Shown here in pieces: positions 39,236 to 52,123 of a DNA stretch of 64,000 nt. The DNA is taken from the NCBI RefSeq assembly GCF_009914755.1, contig NC_060933.1; one strand, given 5' to 3'. Both the position numbers and the translations under genes were made by a program. Numbering within the stretch: the first letter of the stretch is position 1; each line of letters opens with the position of its first letter. This stretch comes from the human T2T-CHM13v2.0 reference genome, Homo sapiens. Below the pieces are notes generated by a model. The model did not search any database. It worked only from the letters and a program-made list of their open reading frames with translations, and was not told where the DNA came from.

Positions 39236-41709
39236 CAGCAGGCCTTCTTTGTGAGTGTGGAGAACTGAGTTTGACAGGACCTTGGTCTGACAGATTTTAT
39301 AGAAGTTTGGGTCGTACCTCCTAGTGGGCCTTGCACACTGTGGGGAAAGTTCCCCTCTCTGTCTTTTGTACAAACAGATCAGCATGATAGCCCAAGCTGA
39401 AGGTTGCTTGGTTCATCTTTGGCAGAAGGCAAGAGTCAAGAGTAGTAAAGACAGTGCTTTTTAGGTATACCCAGATGGGGCTGTTTATAACCAAATGTGT
39501 CTGCTCATATTCTTTGCAGCAGTTAGCATGCCCATTCTTCCTTTGTGTGTTTTATGCCCTTTTCCTATATAGGGGGAAAAAAACACTGTGTCTCAACCCC
39601 ACCAACAGTTTAATGAATTATGTTTTATTATTCTTGCTTTTCAAATAAGGAAATAGGCTTAGGAAGGGGCAATGGTTTGAACCTGCAAGTTCTTTGACTC
39701 CAGAGCCCTTGCTTTCCCCACGTCTGCCATGCAGAGCCAGGCTCAGTGCCTTGTGTCAGCTGGATCTGGCTGGTGTTTTTCATGTTAAACTAATTTGTAA
39801 GCTTTATGAGCTTGTATCTGTGTTTTTCCTTTTTTTCTGGAAGTTTCTTGCTTCACAGTGTAGCATAAAAAAAACCCAAGGACTATTTTAGAGCATTCTT
39901 CCAAATCAGCAGCATTAGAGCCACCCACAATTTGACAAGAGTCACAGGTCTGAGGAGTGATGTAGCAAGGGCAAGAGGTGGACCCTACTGATCAGGCTGA
40001 TGGTGCTTTGCCTATGAAAAGGGGGCAGGAGGCTGTTCTGGCAACATTATTTGTCTACAAAGGCCAAGAAGTGAGTTCTGCACACTCACGGGAAGGGAAG
40101 CCATCGGCCACAGGGTAGGAGCACCCTGCCTACATAATCCTTTCTGTGTACCCGACTGGCTGAGTCACACAGAAAATCATCTAACTGCAGTGTCTGCCTA
40201 TGGAGTTGGAGGCATTGATCCACTCTGCACACACCAAGTGCCTCCTCTCCAGAGGAGGTCATGTCCATTGGGGGAAGGACGGAAGTAAACAAGGGATCAC
40301 AAAGCAGTGATAAATGCTGTGATAAGAATACACATCTAGTGCTCGAGTTATCAAGCATTAGATGCTGTGGGAGTACAGAAGGGCAGTTGCCTAAGTCTTT
40401 AAGGATAGGCTTGTGGTCAGGACTGAAAAATGTTGGTTGCTAGAACCATCAAGTGACTGCAACATATCAGATGACTGTCTTCATCATACCGGTTAGCCTT
40501 TGAGTGCTTCACATGTCTTATATACATTACCTTGCTTCACAACTCTCCTGGAAGATAATGGTCATCCCCACTTAGAGATGAGGAAACACAAGGCCCAGAG
40601 AGGGATTACAAGCCAAGCCTCTTACTCCCATGCCCTGGCTCTTTCCAGAATTACACCAGCATTCCACCACAGCTGCCTGCACCCAGAGTGTTGGGTATGA
40701 ATCGGGTACAACTGGTGAGATCCAACAGTGCCTCATCATTCGACTTGGGTGCACACGGGAGAAGGTGGCATTAAAATCCACAGGGAACTCAAAATATGGA
40801 GGCAGGTAGATGAAGATTCAAGAGTCAGGACTCCCTGTGAAGTGAGTGACACTTAAGAGGGGGAGTGGAGCCCAGATCTGTCACACATACGGCGTGGGGG
40901 ACCCCACCTACCACTGGTCCTCAGCACCTGGAGACCCGAGCCTTCAGCAATCTGGGAAGCATGAAAGTGGGTTTCGGTGCACAGGGCCACGCCTCCGCCG
41001 CCAGCAGCCCAGCGGGAGCGTCTGACCAGTCTCGCCCTCCGAGAGGAGAGAGAGGCGGCCCAGGACGGTCTGCTTAGAGGCTCTCTCCCCTGCAGAGCTG
41101 GGCCCAGGCATAGGTCAGACGCCTCCAATACAGTCCCCAGGGCAGCGATTAAAGCGGAGCAGGAACTGCAGACCCGACCGGGCAGGACAGGTGCAGCTTC
41201 TCGGAGTTGGGGGCGGGAAGTCTCGGGCTGAGGCCCACGTGCTTCGCCTTCGCCCCGCCTCTACCCTCATTGGTTGAAGCCAGATTGAGAGGAGGTGCCA
41301 GAAAAAAAACTCCTCCCTCCAACCTCATTGGCCAGCTCAGTTCTGAGGCAGCTCTCTGGCCCCGTCTATGGGCTCGCACTACACTCCAATTGGGTGGTTG
41401 TTCTCCCAGACGGAAACTCCGCCCCACCTGTACCTTGGACCGCTCCGCCCTAGGGGCGGTTCCAGCGCGCTTCGCTAATCGGTTCTATGCTCCCATTGGT
41501 CTGCTTTAATGTGAAGGGCGGGTCCTAGCTGATTCGCTAGCCCCGCCTTGCGTTCCTATTGGCTGCTCCTGCTCTGCGGTTCCGATCCCGCCCAGCACCG
41601 TCCCCCACCCCCCGCCGCCCATTGGCTGCGAGAGGCCGGTGCGGGCCGCACTCGCAGGGCCCGTGGCGGTTCAGGCGCCAGAGCTGGCCGATCGGCGTTG
41701 GCCGCCGAC

Positions 41710-41765
41710 ATGACGCCCGAGGACCCAGAGGAAACCCAGCCGCTTCTGGGGCCTCCTGGCGGCAG
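41710..41765 (+). CDS. SLC2A8: SLC2A8 exon 1 coding part, [18 protein letters not shown], containing the ExxxLL endo-lysosomal sorting motif
   Basis: gccgacATG start, CAG|gtgagc donor, phase 2. Confidence 0.95.
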
Positions 41766-41854
41766 GTGAGCTCCGGGGAACCCGGGCCCGGATGCGGCCT
41801 CGCCCTCCCGCCCCTCCGCGTCCGCTCCGCTCACCCTCGGCCCTGTCCCCCCAG

Positions 41855-42017
41855 CGCGCCCCGCGGCCGCCGCGTCTTCCTCGCCGCCTTCGCCGCTGCC
41901 CTGGGCCCACTCAGCTTCGGCTTCGCGCTCGGCTACAGCTCCCCGGCCATCCCTAGCCTGCAGCGCGCCGCGCCCCCGGCCCCGCGCCTGGACGACGCCG
42001 CCGCCTCCTGGTTCGGG
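41855..42017 (+). CDS. SLC2A8: SLC2A8 exon 2, [18 protein letters not shown]...AASWFG
   Basis: cccccag|C acceptor, GGG|gtgagg donor, 163 nt, phase 2/0. Confidence 0.95.
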
Positions 42018-42049
42018 GTGAGGCCCCGGGCTCGCTCCTCCCGCCCTGG

Positions 42050-42292
42050 GACCCCACGCCCTCCTCTCGGGACGGGCATCGGGACCCTCCGCCCCCCACC
42101 CTTCCCCTCGGGACAGGCATCGGGCCCCGCCGCCACCACCTTTCCCCACGAGACAGGCATTGGGCCTCTCTGCCCCCCATCCCTTCCCTCGGGACGGGCA
42201 TCGAGCCCCTCAGCCCCCACCCCTCCCCTCGGGACGAGCACCGGGCCCCTCAGCCCCCTACCCCTCCCCTCGGGACGGGCGCGGGGCCCCGG
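42050..42292. repeat. GC-rich minisatellite, about 6 copies of a 40-41 bp unit, in SLC2A8 intron 2
   Basis: Unit starts TCGGGAC(G/A)GGCATCGGG at 42067, 42108, 42148, 42189, 42229, 42270. Confidence 0.88.
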
Positions 42293-42383
42293 CTCTTTTA
42301 CCTCTGAGCCCGCGGGGAGTGGGTGGAGGGGGAGGATGGGCTGCGGCTTCGGCGCCCCCTCCTCAGCAGCCGCCCGCCTCCAG

Positions 42384-42590
42384 GCTGTCGTGACCCTGGG
42401 TGCCGCGGCGGGGGGAGTGCTGGGCGGCTGGCTGGTGGACCGCGCCGGGCGCAAGCTGAGCCTCTTGCTGTGCTCCGTGCCCTTCGTGGCCGGCTTTGCC
42501 GTCATCACCGCGGCCCAGGACGTGTGGATGCTGCTGGGGGGCCGCCTCCTCACCGGCCTGGCCTGCGGTGTTGCCTCCCTAGTGGCCCCG
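42384..42590 (+). CDS. SLC2A8: SLC2A8 exon 3, [11 protein letters not shown]...DRAGRK...SLVAP
   Basis: ctccag|GCT acceptor, CCG|gtgagt donor, 207 nt. Confidence 0.95.
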
Positions 42591-44032
42591 GTGAGTGTCC
42601 CGTCTCTCGAGTGTCCTGTCTCGCGGCCTGAGACCGAGGGGGAGTGGGACAAACCGCTCCCCAGGCCTGGGGGCGCGGCTCCCCCTGGCGGGACCTTCTG
42701 GGTGCCAGGCTTGAAGTCCCTGCGTTATCTCGCGGTCCCTCCCGTCGACCCTGGGAAGGATCCTACTGTTCTCTCCATTTTACACTGAGGTCATGACATG
42801 CAGTCTCGGAAAGGTGAAGTCCTTTGCCCAGGCGAGGTCCACAGCTAGTCAGAGGGGAAGCAGTTGCAGGAACCCAGGGTTGTCCCACTTAGCCGTGCCC
42901 CTCTTTTGCTCTGCAAACCTGCGGATGATCCACAGGAGCCCACTCCCTACATTTTGGTTTTCATCCCTGGCTTCGGGTCAATGACTGCAATTAGCAGGAA
43001 GTTCCTGTCCTGATTTCTCTTGGGGCAAAGGCTGCTGGCCTCTGTGTTCCCCTTCCCTTCTCACAGGCCAGCCCCTCTGGCTTCCCCATCTTCCCCCTTT
43101 CCCCCTCCTGACCCAGGCTGCCCACTTGGGAGCCCCGAACATCTGGGTCAAATCCTGGTTCTGCCACTAACCTGAGCAGAGTGCCTCCCTGGGCCTCAGT
43201 TTCCTTCTCTGGAAAACAGGGATTATGGCATTAGCCCCTGAGGTAGTGGTCAGGATTCAGTGGGACTTTGGATAGACAGCCCCTGGCATGGCTTGTAGAG
43301 GACTGGATCCTGACAGCTTGGTGACCCATGAACTGCCCCCAGCCATGGGCTTGGACAATATCTCCCCCAAGTGAGGTTGAAAGCAGCCACTCAGGCCCCT
43401 CCCTGGGTGCTCATTTCACCAACGTTTGCTAACCGGCAGCAGCAGCTGGACCAGAAGAGGGTGGGGAAGAAGCTGGGCCTTTTATGTCTTTGGTTTTTTT
43501 AACTGGGCAGAAACACACCTGTGTTAGGGGCCTAAGCTATGGAATAACCTTAGATGCATGGGTGAGGGCCTGGTGGCCTGTGGGCCCAGGAGGGAGCTAG
43601 TGGCAGCCACTGGTAGTGACCGAGGCAGAGAGTTCGTGCTTCTAGTCCAAGGCCACCACTCAAAGCGTGGGCCCTGGGCTAGGATCCTGGGTGGGCGTCA
43701 CGTGGAGCTGGTTAACAAGGTGGAATCTTTCGCCTGTCCAGACCTACTGCATCGGAATCTATGATTTATCCAGGGTGTCTGTGCACATTAAACGAAGGCT
43801 TGAGAAGCTCTGTGCCCACCGCCTCTCGTCATCATATGCAGCCCTCTCCGTTACCCTTAATCCCCTTTAAACACCTGCCACAGATCTTTCAGTGGTGGGG
43901 ACCTGGGGATGGCTCTGCTCACCTAGGCAGGTTCCACTAAGGGGCTTCAGGGCCTGCCGTAACCCCCTGCAAGGACTTTCCTCAGCTCTGAATGGCTGAG
44001 ACCTTTCCATTTTAAGAACTCTTGGAGCCTGA

Positions 44033-45684
<1,652 letters not shown>

Positions 45685-47035
45685 TCAGTTTCTCTGTCTT
45701 GAAATGGGCATAACCTCATCTAGTCCAGTACCTGTCCATTAAATTAATTGACACATGAAAAGTGCCTAACAGTGGGTTCCAAATGAGAATTGTCAAGGGA
45801 TGACTTGAGAACCATGGGGATCATCGGGGTAGGAGGCCTCGGGGGCCTGACGGGCTATGGCCTGGCCCAGGGCACAAGCCCTCTGCATCGTCAGGGCGGA
45901 TGATACACAGGTCTTTGGTGTTTCATTTTTACCCACTTAACCACCCTAACAAATTCAGAATCCTGCCAGCGATCTGGCTACCTTGGGAGACCTGAGTAAA
46001 CCAAAGCCCCCACTGTGTGCAGGTGTTGACATTCATCATTTCGGGGACAGGTACTGGGTGTCCACCCACCCGTGGCACTATCTTCAGCTCATCTTAATAT
46101 GTGCTTGTTGCTTCTCCTGCCTTTCCTGATCAATTTCTGTGAGTTTCGATCCACTGGGGTGGGTGAACTCTGATAACTCCACAAAGTGACATGGTGGTGG
46201 CACGTTTGCTTCACATTGGGGCAATCATGTTCCAACGACTAGACTTCATAGAACAATTGTCTGCACCCCCAGCACAGAAGAAAAATAGGGACATCATGGC
46301 TACCTTAGAGGTATTTTTCCACTGGGAACCAGGGATGGGTAAGCCTTGGGCTTAGGAAAAATTAGTAATTAGAGCAGCAATGCCCTAGACTCATTTATTC
46401 CAGGGCCCCTTTGTAAGAGAACCTTTTAACTTTATATAAAACTAGGTAATTCTGCACTTATGCTGTTCTTCATACGTCAAGACAGCAAAATCCTCTCACC
46501 TCTCTACTTTCATGTATACTTTGAATAGATAATGCATTCAAATGACTCAACACTCAAGTGCCAGAGTGGAGAGATGTCCAGTGAAAAGCTTCCTCCGCCT
46601 CTGTCCCTTTCTTGTCTGGGGGAGTCCCCATTGCCTGTTTCTTGGTAGCCTTCAGAGAGTCTGTTCATATGAGGGACATGCATATTTATCCTCCCTCCCC
46701 CACCTCTTCTACAAATGGTGCCACATCATACCATGCGGACACGCAGCAAGCACCTCATCCTTCATTTTTGTGGCTACATAAATGTTTCGTTGAACGGATG
46801 CAGCCTAGTAATGTCCGCGTTGTCATACCCACTGTCGCTTCCGCAGCTGGTGTGATTGGCCCGTGCCATGTGCCTTCATGAACAGTTGTGATAATGGCAA
46901 TGTCAGTAGCGAACATGAGGGCAGATGTGCAGAGGCAGCGAGGCCCCATCTCTGAAGCTGAGTCTTTGAGGCTGGCAAGGCCCAGGCTGGCTCACCCTGG
47001 CTCTGACGCCAGCCTCCCCCACCCACCCCCCGCAG

Positions 47036-47232
47036 GCTGGGTGCTGGAGTGGCGCTGGCTGGCTGTGCTGGGCTGCGTGCCCCCCTCCCTCATGCTGCTT
47101 CTCATGTGCTTCATGCCCGAGACCCCGCGCTTCCTGCTGACTCAGCACAGGCGCCAGGAGGCCATGGCCGCCCTGCGGTTCCTGTGGGGCTCTGAGCAGG
47201 GCTGGGAAGACCCCCCCATCGGGGCTGAGCAG
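47036..47232 (+). CDS. SLC2A8: SLC2A8 exon 5, [10 protein letters not shown]...PETPRFL...GAEQ
   Basis: cccgcag|GC acceptor, CAG|gtgaga donor, 197 nt, phase 1/0. Confidence 0.95.
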
Positions 47233-47684
47233 GTGAGAGGCTGGAAGGCAGAGCTGACAGGAGTGGGACAGCAGTCACGGGAGGGTAGCACAGCCTGTTC
47301 CCAAGGCCACACACTTGGGGGGTGGGGGACAGGGAGGTGCCTATCCACCCTCCACCCTCAGCGAGGACAGGCCCAGTGTGTCCTGTCTTTGAGCAGGCCA
47401 AGACAGCTGGAGCCCCACGGAGCTGGGCCCTGGCCTCCAAAGTCACCAGCAAAGCCCGAGCTTTGACCCTTACTGTCCCAGGAAGAGAATGGCCAGGCCT
47501 GGTGGGGGATACAGAGGCAGAGCTGAGGACTTGGATTTAACAAAGGAGTTGCAAGGCAGGGTAGAGGGCTAAAAGTCTGGGTTTTAGAGTCACCCAGGCA
47601 TGGGTTTGAAGCCCCCACGCTGCCCCTCACCTAAGCTTTAGCTCTTCACCTGTGATGTGGGAGTCAGCACCTGCTTCACAGTGC

Positions 47685-47800
47685 TGGGTGGGACTCAGTG
47701 GGGGAAAGGAAGGCGGGGCTTAGGGAGGAGGGGGGCTCAGTGGGGAGGGTGGGGTCAGCGAGGAGGATGGGTTCAGTGGGGAGGGGAGGGTCAGGGCTGT
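47685..47800. repeat. G-run cluster / degenerate GGG(C/T)TCAGTGGGG repeat in SLC2A8 intron 5
   Basis: More than 10 G3+ runs in about 115 bp. Confidence 0.7.
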
Positions 47801-48138
47801 AGGAGGTGCTTAGCTAGGGCCAGGCCCAGACCTGAGGCAGGTGCTGGATGTGTTGGTGGTGGCAGGGATGAGGGCAGCAGCTTGCTCTTTGCCCAGATTA
47901 CCTCTTTGTGGCTCCCCCCCACCTATCAGGAAGTGCCCTGGGCAGGTGAGGGTCATCTCACCTGACACATGGGGAGGCTGGGACTTGTCTGCACACCTGA
48001 GGACACAGGGGGTGCTGGGATGAGGAGCCAAGACGTGGGAGTCAGCGCTCCCCAAGCCTTAGGACAGTAGACCCCCAGAGGGGGGCCGCTTGCGGGAGGG
48101 GAGAGAGAAATCCTGATGGCCAGTATCCGTCAGAGCAG

Positions 48139-48282
48139 AGCTTTCACCTGGCCCTGCTGCGGCAGCCCGGCATCTACAAGCCCTTCATCATCGGTGTCTC
48201 CCTGATGGCCTTCCAGCAGCTGTCGGGGGTCAACGCCGTCATGTTCTATGCAGAGACCATCTTTGAAGAGGCCAAGTTCAAG
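48139..48282 (+). CDS. SLC2A8: SLC2A8 exon 6, [11 protein letters not shown]...QQLSGVN...EAKFK
   Basis: gagcag|AGC acceptor (atypical), AAG|gtaaaa donor, 144 nt; the acceptor position is fixed by frame and by the 477-aa total. Confidence 0.9.
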
Positions 48283-48437
48283 GTAAAAGGGCCCTGCCTG
48301 GCCTGCCTCGTCCAGCCCCCACATAGATGGAGCTTCCTCCCCAAGCCCAGGGCCCAGCCATCCAGCACAGGCCTGGAGAGGGAGGGACCCAGCTCTCAGC
48401 TGGCCCACCTGACCTGCCTGGGCTCTGTCTCCCCCAG

Positions 48438-48546
48438 GACAGCAGCCTGGCCTCGGTCGTCGTGGGTGTCATCCAGGTGCTGTTCACAGCTGTGGCGGCT
48501 CTCATCATGGACAGAGCAGGGCGGAGGCTGCTCCTGGTCTTGTCAG
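48438..48546 (+). CDS. SLC2A8: SLC2A8 exon 7, [10 protein letters not shown]...[12 protein letters not shown]
   Basis: cccccag|GAC acceptor, CAG|gtgagg donor, 109 nt, phase 0/1. Confidence 0.95.
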
Positions 48547-49296
48547 GTGAGGGTTCACCCCTGTGCAGCCTCCCCGCCATGGTGGGGAGGGCCTTCGCCA
48601 AGGCCACCACACTGCAGGAGGAGGACAGGGAGCATTTGTGATGACAAACATCATGGACTAATGCGGCCATGATTTGACAGCAGCTTGTCACCAAGCACTC
48701 ACTGCAGGCCTGTCCATGCCAGTGGCACTCCCACACCACGCCTTTAACCTCTGTGGTGAACCCACCAGAAGGCACTCTCACAGCCCCAGCTTATGACGGG
48801 AAAACTGAGGGCCAGGAAGGTGAAGTGACTCAAGAGTTTGTGGGTCCTTTTGGACAAGTGACTTTACCTCTCTGAGCCTCAGTCTCCCCCTCTGGGAAGT
48901 GGGGGTAATGGCAGTGCCTCCCTCAGCACCATTTTGAGGAGTGGGAGGTGATCCACGTGAGGCCTTCAGCAAGAGCTGCGGCCCACGGACATTTGGTACC
49001 CAGCAGCTGCTGCGAAGACGACCGTCGGGGCTGAGGGTTACTCGCTGCTGCTTCTGCGCCGGTACCTCCCATTTCCTCGGCCCAGAGGGTCTGCTCCGGG
49101 AACTTTTTGCAGTTCGCTGAGGTCCAAGGCGGGGTGGCTGCCACCCAGTCAGGGCTCCTGCGGCCAAGGTGCCAGAACACCAAGCTGGCCGTTCTCTGGG
49201 AGCCGGGCCTGCCCCTCTCAGAGGCATCCAGGCCATGCTGCTGCGCCCTGGGCCGTTCCCCGGGTGCCCCGCCCACTGCCGCCCTCCCGCCTGCAG

Positions 49297-49470
49297 GTGT
49301 GGTCATGGTGTTCAGCACGAGTGCCTTCGGCGCCTACTTCAAGCTGACCCAGGGTGGCCCTGGCAACTCCTCGCACGTGGCCATCTCGGCGCCTGTCTCT
49401 GCACAGCCTGTTGATGCCAGCGTGGGGCTGGCCTGGCTGGCCGTGGGCAGCATGTGCCTCTTCATCGCCG
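49297..49470 (+). CDS. SLC2A8: SLC2A8 exon 8, GVVMVFSTS...GNSS (N-glycosylation sequon)...LFIA
   Basis: ctgcag|GT acceptor, CCG|gtaagg donor, 174 nt, phase 1/1. Confidence 0.95.
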
Positions 49471-49898
49471 GTAAGGGGGCCTGTGGGAGGCTGGGCGAGG
49501 AGTGGGAGGTGATCCCCCCGGCCCTGCTGTGGCGGCTCCCGGCAGGTGGGGTCTTCCCCAGCCTCACCTCTCCTCTCGTAAGTTCCAAGCTCTGCATTTC
49601 TAGCTCTGACCACATGCAGCTGTGGAACTAGGCCCCTCTGCGTTCCTTTCACTTAATCCCCTGAGCAGCCCTCGAGCAGGCCCCGTTGTGACCCCATCTC
49701 AGAGACAGAGCCTGTGCCTGAGGAGGGAAGAGGCTGGCCGAGGCCTTGGCAGGAAAGCATGGAGCTGGTGGGACCACACTGGGATCCGGGACCCCACAGC
49801 CCCACAGGCTGGGAAGCTGGGTCTCTTGGCTCTGCAGCAAGCTGAGGAGCCCAGCCCTGCGGACCCTGATGCCTGTCTTGCCTGTCTCGCTCCCACAG

Positions 49899-50044
49899 GC
49901 TTTGCGGTGGGCTGGGGGCCCATCCCCTGGCTCCTCATGTCAGAGATCTTCCCTCTGCATGTCAAGGGCGTGGCGACAGGCATCTGCGTCCTCACCAACT
50001 GGCTCATGGCCTTTCTCGTGACCAAGGAGTTCAGCAGCCTCATG
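49899..50044 (+). CDS. SLC2A8: SLC2A8 exon 9, [11 protein letters not shown]...FSSLM
   Basis: cccacag|GC acceptor, ATG|gtgagg donor, 146 nt, phase 1/0. Confidence 0.95.
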
Positions 50045-51590
50045 GTGAGGGCAGGCTCCACCAGCACCGCGTTCGTGCAGTCAGCCGAGAAGCACTTTCT
50101 AAAACCACTTGTATTGCAGAAGACCCAGGGTCGTGGCCTTACATGCAGCCTGAGCCCCACCATGCCTGGGCCACTGGCCATCTTGGGCAAGGCGACGTGG
50201 AGGCAGATGGGCTAGGCCAGATGGGGAACCCAGGCTGTGACCCCTTGGGAGTCCTCTGCCTGTCTTGGCAGTCAGACAGCACAGCTGGCCTCTCCCCTTA
50301 GTGAACGTCAGGAAAGCGGGCCTTGAGCCTAAGGTCTTACATGGGAAGAGTTGACAGGGCTGGGCTGCAGCCCCACCCTGGCTACTTCCTTGCTGTGTGA
50401 CCTTGGGTATGATGCTTACCTTCTCTGAGCCCGCTTCTTTGGCTGAAACTGGAGGAGAGTAACAGCAGCTTGCTCTTAAGACGGATGGGAGCATTAATTC
50501 AGTTCATCCTGTTGCTGCCTTCTCACGGATGGACTGGCACAGGTGTGGCCCCTGTCCCGGGGCTTCCCAGCCAACAGAGAGACAGTTCTGGGGTAGATGA
50601 TCTGGTTGTTTGTTCAGTCATTTGTGCCCTCCAGGTCTCCTGGCATGTGCCATGTCCAGGCCCATTCAAGGCGCCAGGGAGAGCAATGAACAAGATGGAC
50701 AGGGTCCCCTTTATGACAAGGACGGGAAAGGCCATGGCAGTGGTGGGAGAATGAACCCCAGTGGGGCTGGGTTAGGATGTGGTGGGGCGGGTCATGAGGG
50801 GCCAGCCTGGAGTCTGTGCAGAGCTTGGGACCCGCTTAGGCAGGACTGCCCGGGGAGCACATCGAGGGGGCCAGGCCGATGCCTGGGGGTGGAGATTACT
50901 TGCTGCAGCTGGGAGGGGATGCGCAGCAAAGGAAGGAGGAAAAGAAGCCAAGAAGGAGGTGACAAAGGACCTAACAGTCCTTTTTTAGGAGAGAAAATGT
51001 CCAAGAGGCCAAGAGAAGGCCTTCGAGGAGGGAGAGATCACCAGGTCCCAGAGGACCAGGAGCTGAGAAGCACCTTTTTAGTTCTGGCACGTGGGAGGTC
51101 ACAGTGGTGGTGGATGGCAGGGACAGGTTCTGACTGAAGGCCCCATGTGCTCCTGGGGCCATGCTCGCTTTGCCCTGTCTCACCCATTTCCACCACACTA
51201 TGAAAGAACCCACCGGGGGCCTCAGGGTGGGGCCAAAGCTGAGGGTGGAGGGTTGGTCTGTGGGCCCTGGAGTCAGACCTGGAACAGGAGCCCAGCTGTC
51301 ACTGGATAGCGGGTCTCTGGCCTTGAGGCAGTCACTTCATTGCTGTGAGCCTCAGTTTCCCCAGCCATACGACCTCGGTATCTTGGACAGTGCTCGGCCC
51401 AAGCCACCAGACTGGATGCCAGACTATCCTCCATGTCCCAGAGCTGGGTGGAGATAAAATGGGTGTGGCCTTGGGCAGGGCAGGCTGGGGTCAGGGGACT
51501 GGACCCCCTGGTGGCAGAGCTGTCTCAGTGATCGCGTGGGGCTTCCTGATCTCTCCCCGCGTCCACCCATGGCCTTTCCTCTCTCTGCAG

Positions 51591-51728
51591 GAGGTCCTCA
51601 GGCCCTATGGAGCCTTCTGGCTTGCCTCCGCTTTCTGCATCTTCAGTGTCCTTTTCACTTTGTTCTGTGTCCCTGAAACTAAAGGAAAGACTCTGGAACA
51701 AATCACAGCCCATTTTGAGGGGCGATGA
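51591..51728 (+). CDS. SLC2A8: SLC2A8 exon 10 coding part, [10 protein letters not shown]...[18 protein letters not shown]
   Basis: ctctctgcag|GAG acceptor, TGA at 51726-51728. Confidence 0.95.
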   Translation, partial: EVLRPYGAFWLASAFCIFSVLFTLFCVPETKGKTLEQITAHFEGR

Positions 51729-52123
51729 CAGCCACTCACTAGGGGATGGAGCAAGCCTGTGACTCCAAGCTGGGCCCAAGCCCAGAGCCCCTGCCTGCCC
51801 CAGGGGAGCCAGAATCCAGCCCCTTGGAGCCTTGGTCTGCAGGGTCCCTCCTTCCTGTCATGCTCCCTCCAGCCCATGACCCGGGGCTAGGAGGCTCACT
51901 GCCTCCTGTTCCAGCTCCTGCTGCTGCTCTGAGGACTCAGGAACACCTTCGAGCTTTGCAGACCTGCGGTCAGCCCTCCATGCGCAAGACTAAAGCAGCG
52001 GAAGAGGAGGTGGGCCTCTAGGATCTTTGTCTTCTGGCTGGAGGTGCTTTTGGAGGTTGGGTGCTGGGCATTCAGTCGCTCCTCTCACGCGGCTGCCTTA
52101 TCGGGAAGGAAATTTGTTTGCCA

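Larger units (their letters stand above)
40950..42750. promoter_or_regulatory. SLC2A8: CpG island and promoter of SLC2A8 (multiple CCAAT/ATTGG and GC boxes, CACGTG at 41236; no obvious TATA)
   Basis: Very high GC and CpG density. ATTGG at 41269, 41327, 41389, 41495, 41558, 41621. GGGCGG/CCGCCC-like boxes near 41210, 41253, 41418, 41453, 41516, 41541. Confidence 0.88.

Noticed and set aside
41548-41709. In-frame N-terminal extension of GLUT8 from an upstream CTG/TTG
   Set aside because: It overlaps the CCAAT boxes and probably lies upstream of the TSS; the ATG context is adequate
42050-42292. CRISPR-like or other prokaryotic repeat system
   Set aside because: The units are contiguous degenerate tandem copies without unique spacers, in clearly mammalian DNA
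41556-42652. Long antisense ORFs (197 and 239 aa) over the CpG island
   Set aside because: Expected from stop-codon scarcity in very GC-rich sequence opposite coding exons
41559-42788. 409-aa ORF as a separate single-exon protein
   Set aside because: It starts at TTG and consists of SLC2A8 exons 2-3 plus GC-rich introns; only the in-frame intron 2 aspect was kept as a finding
49107-49296. In-frame upstream extension of SLC2A8 exon 8 via the AG at 49111-49112
   Set aside because: That acceptor is phase 0 but exon 7 ends in phase 1, so it would frameshift
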